Positions 1 through 10,946 are shown, counted from the first letter of the stretch. The stretch is DNA of 64,000 nt from Myxococcota bacterium (GCA_965223705.1 OZ245015.1:2752001-2816000), one strand, 5' to 3'. Translations and numbers: made by a program. The notes: a model not told the origin generated them from the letters alone.

Positions 1-669
1 AGCGAAACGACCTGCCTTTTGGCGCTGCAGGGTCCGCGATCTCCAGACATCCTCCGCAACGCCGGCTTCCCGGATGCTTCGGACCTGCGGCGCTTTCGCT
101 TTGCGTACGCCGAAATCGCCGGCGCGTCGTTCCTCGTCTCTCGAACGGGCTACACCGGAGCCGATGGCTACGAGATCTACGGCCCGGCGAAAGAGGCTCC
201 GCCTCTTTGGGAAGCGCTCCTCGAAGCCGGCCGTGCCTACGAGGCCTTGCCCGCCGGCCTGGGCGCTCGCGACACGCTCCGCCTCGAGGCGGCCTTCCCG
301 CTCTATGGACATGAGCTCGACGCCACCACGACGCCCATCGACGCGGGACTCGATCGATTTGTGAAGCGGGATCGCGGCGGCTTCATCGGCGCGGACGCCA
401 TCGCGGCGCGAGCCGCGTCACCCGGGCAGCGCCGGCTCACCGGGTTCACCCTGCTCGAGCGCGGCGTCGCCCGCGCCGACTGTGAAATCATAGCCGGCGG
501 AGAACGAGTCGGACGCGTCACTTCGGGCGGGCATTCTCCGACGCTTAAGCAATCGATCGGCCTCGGCTACGTTCCGCAGAACCTCGCCGCTCCGGAAAAC
601 GAAATCGAGGTGCGCGTGCGGGACCGAACACTCCGCGCACGGACTTGTGAAACTCCGTTTGTTGGTTAA
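1..669 (+). CDS. gcvT: Glycine cleavage system aminomethyltransferase T (5'-truncated by window edge)
   Basis: [25 protein letters not shown] and [10 protein letters not shown] motifs; lies directly upstream of gcvH. Confidence 0.95.
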   Translation, partial: SETTCLLALQGPRSPDILRNAGFPDASDLRRFRFAYAEIAGASFLVSRTGYTGADGYEIYGPAKEAPPLWEALLEAGRAYEALPAGLGARDTLRLEAAFPLYGHELDATTTPIDAGLDRFVKRDRGGFIGADAIAARAASPGQRRLTGFTLLERGVARADCEIIAGGERVGRVTSGGHSPTLKQSIGLGYVPQNLAAPENEIEVRVRDRTLRARTCETPFVG

Positions 670-683
670 ACCAGGATAAACGT

Positions 684-1088
684 ATGAACTCAACACCCGA
701 TCTGCCCCCCGAACTTCGCTACTCGACGGAAGACGAATGGGCGCGTCGCAGCGGCAACCGCGTCGTCATCGGCATCACCGACTTCGCCCAGGATCAACTC
801 GGCGACATCGTCTACGTCGAGCTGCCCGAAGTCGGGCGGAACCTCGAGGCCGGAGAACCCTTCGGCGTGATCGAATCCGTGAAAGCCGTCTCCGATCTTT
901 TCGCTCCGGTTTCCGGGGAGGTCGTCGAGGTGAATGGAGATCTCGCGAACCAACCCGAAGTGATCAATGAAGATTGCTATGGGGAGGGGTGGATGCTGGC
1001 CATCGAGCTTTCCGACCCCGAAACCTTCGACAAGCTGCTCGACGCAGACGGGTACCGAAGCAACGTGGCTGAACGCGAGAACGCCTGA
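684..1088 (+). CDS. gcvH: Glycine cleavage system H protein
   Basis: [19 protein letters not shown] and the lipoyl-Lys motif IESVKAVSD. Confidence 0.97.
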   Translation: MNSTPDLPPELRYSTEDEWARRSGNRVVIGITDFAQDQLGDIVYVELPEVGRNLEAGEPFGVIESVKAVSDLFAPVSGEVVEVNGDLANQPEVINEDCYGEGWMLAIELSDPETFDKLLDADGYRSNVAERENA

Positions 1089-1094
1089 AAAGCC

Positions 1095-2426
1095 GTGCGC
1101 TACATCCCTCACACGGATTCCGAGATCCGCCAGATGCTCGAGGCTATCGGTGCAGCCTCGATTTCCGAGCTGTTCGAGGGCGTCCCCGACAGCCTGCGGC
1201 TCGATCGACCGCTCGATCTCCCCGAAGCGGCGAGCGAAATCGAAATCGAGCGCGAGCTCCGCGCACTCGGTGCACTGAACGAAGCGATCGATCCCCGCAA
1301 GCGGTTTCTCGGAGCCGGCGTGTACCCGCATTTCATCCCGAGCGTCGTCGATGCGATGGCTTCTCGGTCCGAGTTCTACACGGCCTACACGCCCTACCAG
1401 CCCGAGCTCTCCCAAGGCACGCTCCAGGTCATCTTCGAGTGGCAGACGATGATCGCAGAGCTCTGCGGCAGTGACGTCGCCAATGCTTCCATGTACGACG
1501 GCGCGAGCGCAGCGGCGGAAGCAGCACTCATGGCGATGAGAATCACGCGCCGCAGTCGCGTGCTGGTGAGCGCAGAGCTTCACCCTCACTACCGTCAGGT
1601 GCTCGACACCTACCTGGAAGGCCTCGATGCATCGGTCGAAACGCTACCGAGCCGAGCTGGTCAGACAGCACTTCCGGGCGATCTCGGCGACGAACCGGCC
1701 TGCGTGTTGGTCCAGCACCCGAACTTCGTCGGCTGCGCGGAAGATCTCGCCTCCTGGGCCGACTTGGCCCACCGAGACGGCGCCCTCCTCGTCGCCGTCG
1801 TGAGCGAGGCGCTGTCACTCGCGTTCTTCCGCTCGCCGGGAGATCACGGTGCAGACATCGTCTGCGGCGAAGCGCAGAGTTTCGGGGTGCCGATGTCGTT
1901 CGGCGGACCACATCTCGGATTTCTCGCGGCGCGAGAGAAATTCGTACGGCAGCTACCGGGTCGGCTCGCCGGCGAAACCGTCGATGCGCGGGGCAACCGC
2001 GGGTATGTCCTCACCTTGGCGACGCGTGAACAGCACATCCGGCGCGAGCGGGCGACCTCGAACATCTGCACGAATCAGGGGCTGTGCCTGCTGATGGCGA
2101 CGGTCTACCTCGCGCTTCAGGGACGCGAGGGCCTGCGGGAGTTGGCCCTGCGTAACTACCGACACGCGCGCTACGCACGGGATCGCGTCGCCGAGATGCC
2201 CGGGGCGGAGCTCCTGTTCGAAGCGCCGGGTTTCAACGAGTTCGCGGTCCGCGTTCCCGGCTCCGTCGACGCCGTGCAAGCGCGCGCGCGCGACGCGGGC
2301 ATCCTTCCCGGCCTCGATTTGCGGCCCTACCGAGAAGAGCTCGGTGAAGCCCTGCTCTGCTGCTTCACCGAACTCACGGATCGCGCGGCCATCGACCGGT
2401 GGGCGACCGTGGTCGGGCAGTCATGA
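1095..2426 (+). CDS. gcvPA: Glycine dehydrogenase (decarboxylating) subunit 1
   Basis: MRYIPHT start; FYTAYTPYQPELSQG, NASMYDG and REQHIRRERATSNICTNQ motifs. Confidence 0.97.
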   Translation: MRYIPHTDSEIRQMLEAIGAASISELFEGVPDSLRLDRPLDLPEAASEIEIERELRALGALNEAIDPRKRFLGAGVYPHFIPSVVDAMASRSEFYTAYTPYQPELSQGTLQVIFEWQTMIAELCGSDVANASMYDGASAAAEAALMAMRITRRSRVLVSAELHPHYRQVLDTYLEGLDASVETLPSRAGQTALPGDLGDEPACVLVQHPNFVGCAEDLASWADLAHRDGALLVAVVSEALSLAFFRSPGDHGADIVCGEAQSFGVPMSFGGPHLGFLAAREKFVRQLPGRLAGETVDARGNRGYVLTLATREQHIRRERATSNICTNQGLCLLMATVYLALQGREGLRELALRNYRHARYARDRVAEMPGAELLFEAPGFNEFAVRVPGSVDAVQARARDAGILPGLDLRPYREELGEALLCCFTELTDRAAIDRWATVVGQS

Positions 2427-3925
2427 GTCGAGAACGCATCGATCGCGTCGGCAACGCCGCACGCGGGATCGGGTACGAGGAGCCGCTTCTCTTCGAACGC
2501 AGTCGATCCGGACGCTCGGCCGCAGCCCTGCCGCCGCTCGACGTTCCCGCTTACGCGCCGACCGATGAGTTCGGCCCCGAAGAGCTCGCGGGGGCGCTCG
2601 ACGGTCTCCCGGAGCTTTCGGAAGTGGACGTCGTGCGTCACTTTACGCGTCTCTCGACGTGGAATGCCGCAGTCGACCTCGGGCTCTACCCGCTCGGGTC
2701 GTGCACGATGAAGTACAACCCGAAGATCAACGAGAAACTCGCGCGACTCCCCGAGTTCTCGGAGGGCCACCCGCTACAACCCGAGGCGCACTCGCGCGGT
2801 TTTCTTCGGTTGTGTTGCGCGCTGGAAGAACTCCTCTGCGAAATCAGCGGCCTCGACGCGGTATCGCTCCAGCCCGCCGCAGGCGCGCAAGGCGAACTCG
2901 CCGGGATCATGATGATCCGCGCGTACCACGAAGCGCGCGGCGATTCACGCCACACGATTCTCGTTCCGGACTCGGCTCACGGAACCAACCCGGCAAGCGC
3001 TGCCTTGAACGGATACCGAGTCGTCTCCGTGCCCTCAGGTGCCGACGGGATCCTCCATCCGGACGCGGTCGCGAAAATCATGAGCCCGGACGTCGCGGGT
3101 CTGATGATCACCAACCCGAACACCCTCGGTCTGTTCGAGCGTCACATCGGCGATATCACCGAAGTCGTGCACCAGGGCGGCGGGCTCGTCTACGGTGACG
3201 GCGCGAACTTGAATGCCCTCCTCGGAATCGGCCGCCCGGGCGACATGGGCATCGACGTCATGCACTTCAACCTGCACAAGACCTTCTCGACTCCCCACGG
3301 CGGCGGCGGCCCCGGGGCGGGACCCGTCGGTGTCACCCGAGCGCTCGAACCGTTCCTGCCGACGCCGCGGATCACCCGCGGCCCCGACGGCGAACCGCGT
3401 CTCGATCGCGATCGCCCCCGAGCGATCGGTCGACTACACGGTTACTTCGGCAACGCCGGCATGTTCGTGCGCGCCTACGCCTACATCCGAACCCTGGGCC
3501 CGGACGGTCTGCGACGCTGCGCGGAAATGGCCGTCCTCAACGCGAACTACTTGCTGGCGCGTCTCGGAAAGACGTTCCACGTCCCCTACGACGGCCCGGT
3601 GATGCACGAGTGCGTTTTTTCGGACAAGTCGCTCACGCCCACCGGCGTCTCCACCTTGGACATCGCGAAACGGCTCATCGACTACGGGTACCATCCGCCG
3701 ACCATCTATTTCCCCCTCATCGTAAGCGGGGCCTTGATGATCGAACCCACCGAAAGCGAGAGCCTGGAAGGGCTCGATCGCTTCGTCGAAGCGTTGCTCG
3801 CGATCGCTGAAGAAGCCGCGGAAGATCCGGAACTTCTCCGGCAAGCGCCGCACCACACGCGGCTTGCCCGTCTCGATGAGACCCGCGCAGCTCGGCAGCC
3901 GGTACTGCGGCATCGGGCGCGCTAG
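2423..3925 (+). CDS. gcvPB: Glycine dehydrogenase (decarboxylating) subunit 2
   Basis: YPLGSCTMKYNP and PLP-lysine motif HFNLHKTFSTPHGGGGPG; ATG overlaps the gcvPA stop (ATGA). Confidence 0.97.
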   Translation: MSRERIDRVGNAARGIGYEEPLLFERSRSGRSAAALPPLDVPAYAPTDEFGPEELAGALDGLPELSEVDVVRHFTRLSTWNAAVDLGLYPLGSCTMKYNPKINEKLARLPEFSEGHPLQPEAHSRGFLRLCCALEELLCEISGLDAVSLQPAAGAQGELAGIMMIRAYHEARGDSRHTILVPDSAHGTNPASAALNGYRVVSVPSGADGILHPDAVAKIMSPDVAGLMITNPNTLGLFERHIGDITEVVHQGGGLVYGDGANLNALLGIGRPGDMGIDVMHFNLHKTFSTPHGGGGPGAGPVGVTRALEPFLPTPRITRGPDGEPRLDRDRPRAIGRLHGYFGNAGMFVRAYAYIRTLGPDGLRRCAEMAVLNANYLLARLGKTFHVPYDGPVMHECVFSDKSLTPTGVSTLDIAKRLIDYGYHPPTIYFPLIVSGALMIEPTESESLEGLDRFVEALLAIAEEAAEDPELLRQAPHHTRLARLDETRAARQPVLRHRAR

Positions 3926-4011
3926 GAAGCTTTGCGCGCGAGACCGAGGTCGGGCCTTGGCAGCGCCCAGCCCATTCGCGGCACCGCTCCGGGTTACTCT
4001 GCAGAAACTCT

Positions 4012-4884
4012 CTAGGACTCGAGGCGCTCTCTCGCGATCTCGGCCCAGTGACCGGTCGGTCGCAAGCTCAGGTAGGCGCGCCAGCGTCGGCGGGCGCTGC
4101 GCCACAGCTCGAGCTTTTCGTAGAGAAGCGCGAGATTCAAATGAGCGTCGGCAAATAGCGGGTCGATTGCCGTGGCGCGCCGGTAGTGGCGCAACGCCGC
4201 CTCGTCTCGCCCGTCTTCCTCGTACAAATTCGCGACGTTGAAATGCGCCTCGAGATGCTCGGGTTCCGCTTGGATGGCAGCGAGATAATGCTGCTTCGCC
4301 GCCTCGCGTTCCCCGGTGTTGAAAAACAGCGTACCGAGGTTGCAGTACGCGTCGGCGAACTCCGGATCGAGCTCGATCGCCCTGCGGTAGGCCCGCGCGG
4401 CGGCTTCGAGATCGCAATCGGCGCGGCAGCCCTCCTCAAAGGCCAAACGGGCGCGTTCCTCCGGACTCTCCCGCTCGATGGTTCGGCGAAGACTCGCCAC
4501 GGAGGGAGTTCCCTGTTGCCAGTCGAGGCACAGTTGCCCCGCATTGTCGATCGAGACTCCGTCGACCTGCAAAATCGCGTCGTCCGAATCCGCCCGGAGT
4601 GCCGCCGACGGATTGGGCAGGTGAGGCAACTGCCGCTTCGCCCAACGGATCCGCTCACGGATTCTCTGCAGCGGCACACCTCGGCGACGAAGCGCCACGA
4701 TCTTCCGCAAGCCGGCGAGATCCGCGAAACCGAGTCGCAGTGGAGTGATAGGTGACGTCGGCCGCGGTAGCAGATCGCGCTGGGACCAGTAGCGCAGACG
4801 GGCTGGCGAGAGACCGAGAATGCGCGCCGCCTCGCCGATACTGTACGCGCCGGCACGGGCATTCACTTCGTGATGTTCTCGCAT
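4012..4884 (-). CDS. MerR-family HTH plus tetratricopeptide-repeat protein
   Basis: N-terminal YSIGEAARILGLSPARLRYW (MerR HTH); C-terminal TPR units (AYRRAIELDPEFADAYCNLG, AHFNVANLY, AHLNLALLY); ATG at 4884 chosen as start. Confidence 0.8.
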   Translation of the reverse strand: MREHHEVNARAGAYSIGEAARILGLSPARLRYWSQRDLLPRPTSPITPLRLGFADLAGLRKIVALRRRGVPLQRIRERIRWAKRQLPHLPNPSAALRADSDDAILQVDGVSIDNAGQLCLDWQQGTPSVASLRRTIERESPEERARLAFEEGCRADCDLEAAARAYRRAIELDPEFADAYCNLGTLFFNTGEREAAKQHYLAAIQAEPEHLEAHFNVANLYEEDGRDEAALRHYRRATAIDPLFADAHLNLALLYEKLELWRSARRRWRAYLSLRPTGHWAEIARERLES

Positions 4885-5184
4885 ATCGTTTGCGCCCCCC
4901 AACGTCAAACGCGTTGCGATTGTAACCACTTCCTCACCCAATGGGACGCACAATCGATGTTTCTCGTCGACCGTTACCCGTCCGGCGCGAGAACCGTGTT
5001 GCGCGATGGTCGCCGACCATGAAAGATGTTTGTCGCGCGGATTCGCGCGCAGCAACTGAGGAAGCGCTCTTCGTGGCATTCGTACGAGTCCGAAAATCCC
5101 TTAGGATCGGCACAGTTTTGGAACTATCCCCGCAGTGGGTTCGCAAGCACCGTGAACCCCTCCGGCGCGCTCGGTAACGCGGTC

Positions 5185-6192
5185 GTGTCGAGCGACATCC
5201 GCCGCGGGTTCGTCGAGGCCGTCGGACGAACTCCGCTCATTCGACTGCGCAAGATCTCCGAGCGAACCGGTTGCGAGGTGCTCGGAAAAGCCGAGTTCCT
5301 GAACCCCGGCGGCTCCATCAAGGACCGTGCTGCGCGTCAGATCGTGCTCGACGCGGAAGCGCGCGGGGAACTCTCGCCCGGCGGAGTGATCGTCGAAGGT
5401 ACCGGTGGGAACACGGGTATCGGGCTCGCCTTGGTCGCTCGCGCACGGGGCTACCGGAGTGTCATCGTCATTCCGGAAAACCAGAGCCAGGAAAAGAAGG
5501 ACCTCTTGACCCTCTGCGGCGCCGAGCTTCACCTCGCGCCGGTCGTGCCGTACCGCGAGCCGGGAAACTACGTGCGCACCGCCGAGCGACTCGCAGAGGA
5601 GCTTCGAGCGCGTGAGCCGGGCGGCGTTCTCTACGCGAATCAGTGGGACAACCCCTCGAATCGCGAGGCGCACGAAAGGGGCACCGGACCCGAAATCTGG
5701 GAGCAATCGGGCGAGCGCGTCGACGGCTTTGTCTGCGCCATCGGAACCGGCGGAACGATTTCCGGCATCGGGGCTGCACTGCGAGCCCGCAACCCTTCCG
5801 TCGTTGTCGCGCTTTCGGATCCCGGCGGCTCGGCGATGGGCAACTACTTCGAGCATGGTGAACTCCGTGCCGAGGGCAGCTCGATCACCGAGGGCATCGG
5901 TCAGGGTCGCATGATCGGGAACGTCGAAAGTGCCGCGGTCGATCGCGTGTTCCGCATCTCCGATGCCGAAGCCCTCGAGCGGCTGTTTGAACTCCTTGCG
6001 GAAGAAGGTCTCTGCTTGGGCGGGTCGAGTGGAATCAACGTGGCCGGCGCCGAGCGGTTGGCGCGGGAGCTCGGTCCGGGGCACACCGTCGTCACGGTGC
6101 TTTGCGACCACGGGCAGCGCTATCAATCGAAGCTCTACAACCCGACGTTCCTGCGCGAAAACGGGCTACCGCGACCGAGCTGGCTCGAATGA
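5185..6192 (+). CDS. Cysteine synthase family PLP enzyme
   Basis: KAEFLNPGGSIKDR PLP-lysine motif, EGTGGNTGIG, GTGGT, TEGIG; GTG start at 5185 inferred. Confidence 0.9.
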   Translation: MSSDIRRGFVEAVGRTPLIRLRKISERTGCEVLGKAEFLNPGGSIKDRAARQIVLDAEARGELSPGGVIVEGTGGNTGIGLALVARARGYRSVIVIPENQSQEKKDLLTLCGAELHLAPVVPYREPGNYVRTAERLAEELRAREPGGVLYANQWDNPSNREAHERGTGPEIWEQSGERVDGFVCAIGTGGTISGIGAALRARNPSVVVALSDPGGSAMGNYFEHGELRAEGSSITEGIGQGRMIGNVESAAVDRVFRISDAEALERLFELLAEEGLCLGGSSGINVAGAERLARELGPGHTVVTVLCDHGQRYQSKLYNPTFLRENGLPRPSWLE

Positions 6193-7337
6193 CCCGCCGC
6201 TTCGAGACCCGCGCGATCCACGCCGGACAAGAACCCGACCCGGCGACCGGCGCGACGATCACGCCGGTCTATCAGACCACGACCTTTACCCAGACCTCGC
6301 TCGGTGAAAGCCGGGGCTACGAGTACGCTCGCGGTGCAAACCCGACACGCACCGCTCTCGAGGCAGCGCTCGCTTCGCTCGAAGGCGGGTCGTTCGCGCT
6401 CGCTTACGCCTCGGGCATGGCAGCCATCGCCGGCGTGGTGCAGACGCTTTCGGAAGGTGACGAACTCGTGGTGGCCGACGACCTCTACGGCGGGAGCTAC
6501 CGACTGTTTCGGGAAGTCCTGCCTCGTTCGGGGATCACGCCGCGTTTCGTCGACGCGCGGGTCGTCGACAACGTCGCGGAAGCGCTGTCTGATCGCACGC
6601 GGATGTTGTGGCTCGAAAGTCCTACGAACCCCATGCTGCGCGTGCTCGACATCGCCGCGTGCGCCGAACTCGCCCGGAAGCGCGGCATCCGGACGGTGGT
6701 CGACAACACCTTCGCCACACCTTTTCTCCAGCGCCCCCTCGAACTCGGCGCCGACATCGTCGTGCATTCGACGACGAAGTACATCGGCGGCCACTCGGAC
6801 GTCGTCGGCGGTGCCGTCGTCGGCAAGGACGAGGTCCTCGGCGAGCAATTCGCGCGCCTGCGCAGCACGACCGGCGGTGTGCCGGGCCCCTGGGATGCGT
6901 GGCTGACGCTGCGAGGTCTCAAGACACTCGCGGTCCGCATGCGGCAACACGAGGAGAACGCGGCCGCGGTGGCGGCTTTTGCACGGGCCCACCCGAAAGT
7001 CGCGAAGACCCACTACCCCGGCCTTTCGGACCACCCGGGCCACGAGCTCGCACGCCGTCAGATGGACGGCTTCGGCGGCATGGTGACCCTCGAGCTCGCG
7101 GGCGGCGCCAACGCCGCGCGAGCCCTCTGCGAGGGAACCCGGGTGTTCAGCTTGGCCGAGAGCTTGGGCGGCATCGAATCGCTCATCGGCTACCCGTGGC
7201 TGATGAGCCACGCGTCGTTCAGCGAAGCGATGCGCCTCGACAAGGGAATCACCGAAGCCACGGTCCGCCTCTCGATCGGCCTCGAACACCGCGACGATTT
7301 GTGCGCGGATCTCGACCAGGCCCTGGCCGGCGTCTAG
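6189..7337 (+). CDS. Cystathionine gamma-lyase/synthase family PLP enzyme
   Basis: [52 protein letters not shown]-coupled to the cysteine synthase. Confidence 0.92.
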   Translation: MTRRFETRAIHAGQEPDPATGATITPVYQTTTFTQTSLGESRGYEYARGANPTRTALEAALASLEGGSFALAYASGMAAIAGVVQTLSEGDELVVADDLYGGSYRLFREVLPRSGITPRFVDARVVDNVAEALSDRTRMLWLESPTNPMLRVLDIAACAELARKRGIRTVVDNTFATPFLQRPLELGADIVVHSTTKYIGGHSDVVGGAVVGKDEVLGEQFARLRSTTGGVPGPWDAWLTLRGLKTLAVRMRQHEENAAAVAAFARAHPKVAKTHYPGLSDHPGHELARRQMDGFGGMVTLELAGGANAARALCEGTRVFSLAESLGGIESLIGYPWLMSHASFSEAMRLDKGITEATVRLSIGLEHRDDLCADLDQALAGV

Positions 7338-8722
7338 GTCGGCCGCGTCATGCGGCGGGGCACGACCCAGCGATCGAAGTCTTCGGGGCTCACACTCCCG
7401 CGGGCGAGCGCCGCTTCGCGGAGGGTCGTCCCGTCGCGCTCCGCCTGCTTCGCGATGTTGGCGGCTTCGTCGTAACCGATGTGCGGTGATAGAGCGGTCA
7501 CCAGCATGAGCGACGCCTCGACCCCGGCGGCGAGGCGGTCTTTCCGCGCCTCGAGTCCGCGGACACAGTGCTCATCGAAGCTCCTGACGGCGTCGGACAG
7601 CAAGCGCAAGGATTCGAGGACAGCGTGTGCGATCACGGGCTTGCATACGTTGAGCTCGAAATTGCCCTGGCTTGCCGCAACGCTGACCGTCGTTTCGTTC
7701 CCGAGGACGCGCAACGCCACCATGATCAGCGCCTCGGCTTGCGTGGGATTCACCTTGCCCGGCATGATCGACGAGCCGGGCTCGTTTTCGGGGATCCGGA
7801 TCTCCGCCAATCCCGCCCGCGGACCGGAAGCGAGCCAGCGAACATCGTTGGCCACCTTGATCAGCGAGCCGGCGAGGACCGCCAGCGCCCCTGACAACGC
7901 TGCGCACGCTTCGTGACCGGCAAGGGCCGCGAACGTATTGTCCGCCGGCTCGAAAGGGAGTCCGGTCTCTTCGGCCAACGCGCGTACGACGTCCTCTCGA
8001 AAGCGGGGGTGGGCATTGATCCCGGTCCCGACGGCCGTGCCTCCGATGGCCAGTTGCAGAAGCATCGGCTCACAGGCTCGGACAGCGTCCCGGGCGAGGC
8101 GCAACTGGGCCGCCCAACCGCTGATTTCCTGTCCGAGCGTGAGAGGCGTTGCGTCCTGGAGGTGGGTACGCCCGATTTTCACGTCGTCCCGAAAGGCTTC
8201 GGCCTTCGCTTCGAGCGTTGCGATCAGGCCGCTGAGCGCGGGTCCCAGAGATTCGCGCCAGGCGAACATTGCGGCCAGGTGCATCGCCGTGGGAAACGTG
8301 TCGTTCGTCGACTGACCGCGATTCACGTGATCATTGGGATGGACGGGCGACCGAGCACCGCGCTCGCTCCCGGCCAACTCGTTCGCGCGGTTGGCAATCA
8401 CTTCGTTCACGTTGGTGTGGGTCTGCGTACCCGAGCCCGTCTGCCAGACCCGCAGCGGAAAATGCGCATCCAGCGCGCCGTCGCGAACTTCCGCCGAAGC
8501 GATGGCGATCGGAGAAGCGAGCGTGCCGGGGAGCTCGCCGAGCGCGGCGTTCACCTCCGCAGCGCTTTTCTTGAGCTGTCCGTAGGCTCGGAGGAACTCG
8601 CGGGGGAACCGATCCTCTCCGATCGCGAAGAAGTCGAGGCTGCGTTTCGTCCCCGCGCCCCAGTAGACGTCTTCGGGAACAGAGACCTCGCCCATGCTGT
8701 CGCGCTCGGTGCGATTCGCCAC
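7334..8722 (-). CDS. fumC: Class II fumarate hydratase
   Basis: [33 protein letters not shown] and signature [15 protein letters not shown]. Confidence 0.96.
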   Translation of the reverse strand: MANRTERDSMGEVSVPEDVYWGAGTKRSLDFFAIGEDRFPREFLRAYGQLKKSAAEVNAALGELPGTLASPIAIASAEVRDGALDAHFPLRVWQTGSGTQTHTNVNEVIANRANELAGSERGARSPVHPNDHVNRGQSTNDTFPTAMHLAAMFAWRESLGPALSGLIATLEAKAEAFRDDVKIGRTHLQDATPLTLGQEISGWAAQLRLARDAVRACEPMLLQLAIGGTAVGTGINAHPRFREDVVRALAEETGLPFEPADNTFAALAGHEACAALSGALAVLAGSLIKVANDVRWLASGPRAGLAEIRIPENEPGSSIMPGKVNPTQAEALIMVALRVLGNETTVSVAASQGNFELNVCKPVIAHAVLESLRLLSDAVRSFDEHCVRGLEARKDRLAAGVEASLMLVTALSPHIGYDEAANIAKQAERDGTTLREAALARGSVSPEDFDRWVVPRRMTRPT

Positions 8723-8795
8723 CAGGCGAGTCTAACGCCGTACCTCCGGCGGAAAATTGGCGAAACTAGAACGAAAGTCCGGATGCTCTATAAAT

Positions 8796-8814
8796 AACAA
8801 TGACTGTCATCATT
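8796..8814. promoter_or_regulatory. Putative Fur-family operator between divergent fumC and the Fur-family gene
   Basis: AACAATGACTGTCATCATT matches 12 of 19 positions of GATAATGATAATCATTATC by hand count; lies in an AT-rich patch. Confidence 0.5.
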
Positions 8815-8851
8815 TGCGAAGTGTCGGACGGGTGCGATAACCGATAGGGCG

Positions 8852-9277
8852 ATGGAGATGAACAGCGAACTGAGTGATGAACTCGCCGGGCGGGGGCTGC
8901 GGGCCACCCGTCAGCGGATGGCCGTCCTCGCGACACTGCGATCGGCGGCCAATCATCCGACCGCGGGAGAAATCCACCGGCTCCTGCTGCCCGACCAGCC
9001 GAACCTCAGTCTGAAAACCGTGTATCAGACACTCGAGTCGCTGTTGGCGGTGGGTCTCGCCGATTGCGTCACCGACGGTGGCGAGCCCTACCGCTACGAA
9101 GCGAAAAGCGCCCCGCACTACCACGGCCGCTGCCGCGTCTGCGGCACGCTGTTCGACCTCCCCGCACGCCTCGACTCCCGAATTCGAGGCGAGACGCCGA
9201 TCCCGGAAGGATTCGAAGTCGAGCGCATCCACGTGACGTTGGTCGGCCGTTGCCCGCGCTGCCGGGACGACTTCTAG
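8852..9277 (+). CDS. Fur-family transcriptional regulator (PerR/Fur-like)
   Basis: GLRATRQR, HPTAGEI, SLKTVYQTL, HYHGRCRVCG and C-terminal GRCPRC zinc site. Confidence 0.92.
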   Translation: MEMNSELSDELAGRGLRATRQRMAVLATLRSAANHPTAGEIHRLLLPDQPNLSLKTVYQTLESLLAVGLADCVTDGGEPYRYEAKSAPHYHGRCRVCGTLFDLPARLDSRIRGETPIPEGFEVERIHVTLVGRCPRCRDDF

Positions 9278-9394
9278 CGGCGCTTCGGGGTACCGGTGCG
9301 ACTTCTACAGGAATCGCGCGACCGCGGCCGCGGATGTGGCAGACTGAAGGGCCAGCGACGGTTTCGACCTTCGCAAGTGCCTGATTCCATTATT

Positions 9395-9493
9395 GGAAGT
9401 GCTTCCTAGGCTGGTGCCGGGCCCGGACTTCAAATCCGGTGGAGCCTGTGGCGACACGGGCTCGGGGGGTTCGATTCCCCTGCGCTTCCGCCA
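9395..9493 (+). tRNA. selC: tRNA-Sec (anticodon UCA)
   Basis: 8-bp acceptor GGAAGTGC/GCGCTTCC, discriminator G plus encoded CCA, anticodon arm CCGGA-CTTCAAA-TCCGG (TCA at 9430-9432), long variable arm GAGCCTGTG-GCGA-CACGGGCTC, T loop TTCGATT. Confidence 0.95.
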
Positions 9494-9519
9494 GCTCACG
9501 AAGGAGCCACGCCCCTCCG

Positions 9520-9996
9520 ATGCCCGAGACACGCTGGCGCACCGCTGCGACAAGCGCCCTGATCATCGGCGTCGTCGGCTTGCAGTTGCAGGCCTTCGTT
9601 CCGGTCCGGTTCGGTATCGCCTTGGGAACCTGGGCCTGGCCCATCATCGACTATCCGATGTATGGCGGCGCCGTCGAGCCCGGGCCCGTCGAAGCCGCGC
9701 GACAGACCATTCGGGTCCGAACCGCAAGCGGTGAGACCCACACCTTGACGAAACGCCACCGAAGGTTGGTCGGAGCCGCGGGTGGCGGCATGTTCGGCGA
9801 GCGGTTCAGCGTTCCCATGCTTCGCGGCGAGGAGCCCGCCGCTCGCGAGCTCATCCGACGGCTGAACCGCCACCGGGACAACGACCCCTACGTCTCCGCA
9901 AGCACTGTTTTCGAGCGTTACGTGTTCGACTCGAAGGGGTTGCGAAAAACCGAGACCGAAGAACATCGGTTCGAGCTGGAGGCCCGCGGCCCGTGA
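9520..9996 (+). CDS. Hypothetical membrane-anchored protein, partner of the HTTM protein
   Basis: N-terminal hydrophobic helix followed by WPIIDYPMY; stop overlaps the start of the next gene. Confidence 0.65.
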   Translation: MPETRWRTAATSALIIGVVGLQLQAFVPVRFGIALGTWAWPIIDYPMYGGAVEPGPVEAARQTIRVRTASGETHTLTKRHRRLVGAAGGGMFGERFSVPMLRGEEPAARELIRRLNRHRDNDPYVSASTVFERYVFDSKGLRKTETEEHRFELEARGP

Positions 9997-10946
9997 TGCG
10001 CGTGCGGGATCTCTTCGCAGGCTGGCAGCAGATCTGGTTCCCGGAAACGACCGCCGCCCGACTCGCTGCCTGCAGAATCTTCCTCTTCCTGTTCCAGCTG
10101 TGGATTCTCCTCTACTGGCGGGCGGGCCTGGTTCTACATCTCAATCTCGTCCGCTACGAGGATTCCTTCACCACCCCCCGGGCGCTGACGAGTCTGGCGG
10201 CGGCCCTTTTTTCCGAGGAGGCTGTGCGGACGGAAGGCGTCATGACGGCGGTGTACGTCGTGACGCTCCTCGCGGCCGCAGCGGCCGCGGTCGGGTTCTT
10301 CAGCCGATCCAGCGCGCTGATCTCGGCCTCGGGCCACGCCTTCCTCGTCTCCCACTACTACTCCTACGGCGAGCTGCACCACCCGGAAGCTGTCTTCGCG
10401 ATCTGCCTGTTCTTCTTCGCCGCGAGCGACTGCGGTCGCTGCTACTCGGTGGATTCTTGGCTCGCCCGACGTCGCGGACGACCCGACACGGAGTTCGGCC
10501 CGAACGCGAACACCCGGTTCGCCCACTGGCCGCTCCTGCTCACCCAAGTGCTCCTCGGCCTGACGTATTTGGACGCCGGCTTGTCGAAGGTCTACGGCAA
10601 CGGGCTCGCGTGGCTGAACGGCTCAACCCTTCAGCACTACATCCTGCGCGACGCCCTGTCCCATGGCGCACCGCTCGGCGTCTGGATGGGTCAACACGGA
10701 TGGCTCGTGATCCTCGCGAGCTACGGGACACTGCTGTTCGAAATCACCTTCATCCTCGCGGTGGCGACCCGCCGGCTGCTGCCGCTTTACGCGATCTCCG
10801 GCTTGGTATTCCACGCGACCATCTTCCTCACGATGCGAGCGGATTTCTTCGAAACGATGGCGCTCTACTGCGTGTTCTCCGAACACATTCGCCCGCTGTT
10901 CCGGAGGCTTGGCGCGCACTTGAGCGCTTCGCGCCAACTCGCGTAA
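9996..10946 (+). CDS. HTTM-domain integral membrane protein (VKGC/SdpB-like)
   Basis: Multiple TM helices; CYSVDSW, YLDAGLSKV, WLNGSTL, LLFEITF and FHATIFLTM motifs typical of HTTM proteins. Confidence 0.75.
   Translation: MRVRDLFAGWQQIWFPETTAARLAACRIFLFLFQLWILLYWRAGLVLHLNLVRYEDSFTTPRALTSLAAALFSEEAVRTEGVMTAVYVVTLLAAAAAAVGFFSRSSALISASGHAFLVSHYYSYGELHHPEAVFAICLFFFAASDCGRCYSVDSWLARRRGRPDTEFGPNANTRFAHWPLLLTQVLLGLTYLDAGLSKVYGNGLAWLNGSTLQHYILRDALSHGAPLGVWMGQHGWLVILASYGTLLFEITFILAVATRRLLPLYAISGLVFHATIFLTMRADFFETMALYCVFSEHIRPLFRRLGAHLSASRQLA

Noticed and set aside
5108..5124. Sigma-54 promoter upstream of the cysteine synthase (CGGCACAGTTTTGGAA)
   Set aside because: The -24 half looks good but the required GC at GG-N10-GC spacing is absent.
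9305..9734. Track ORFs overlapping the tRNA-Sec (and similar ORFs over tRNA-Leu and tRNA-Ala)
   Set aside because: They are translations of tRNA sequence, not proteins.
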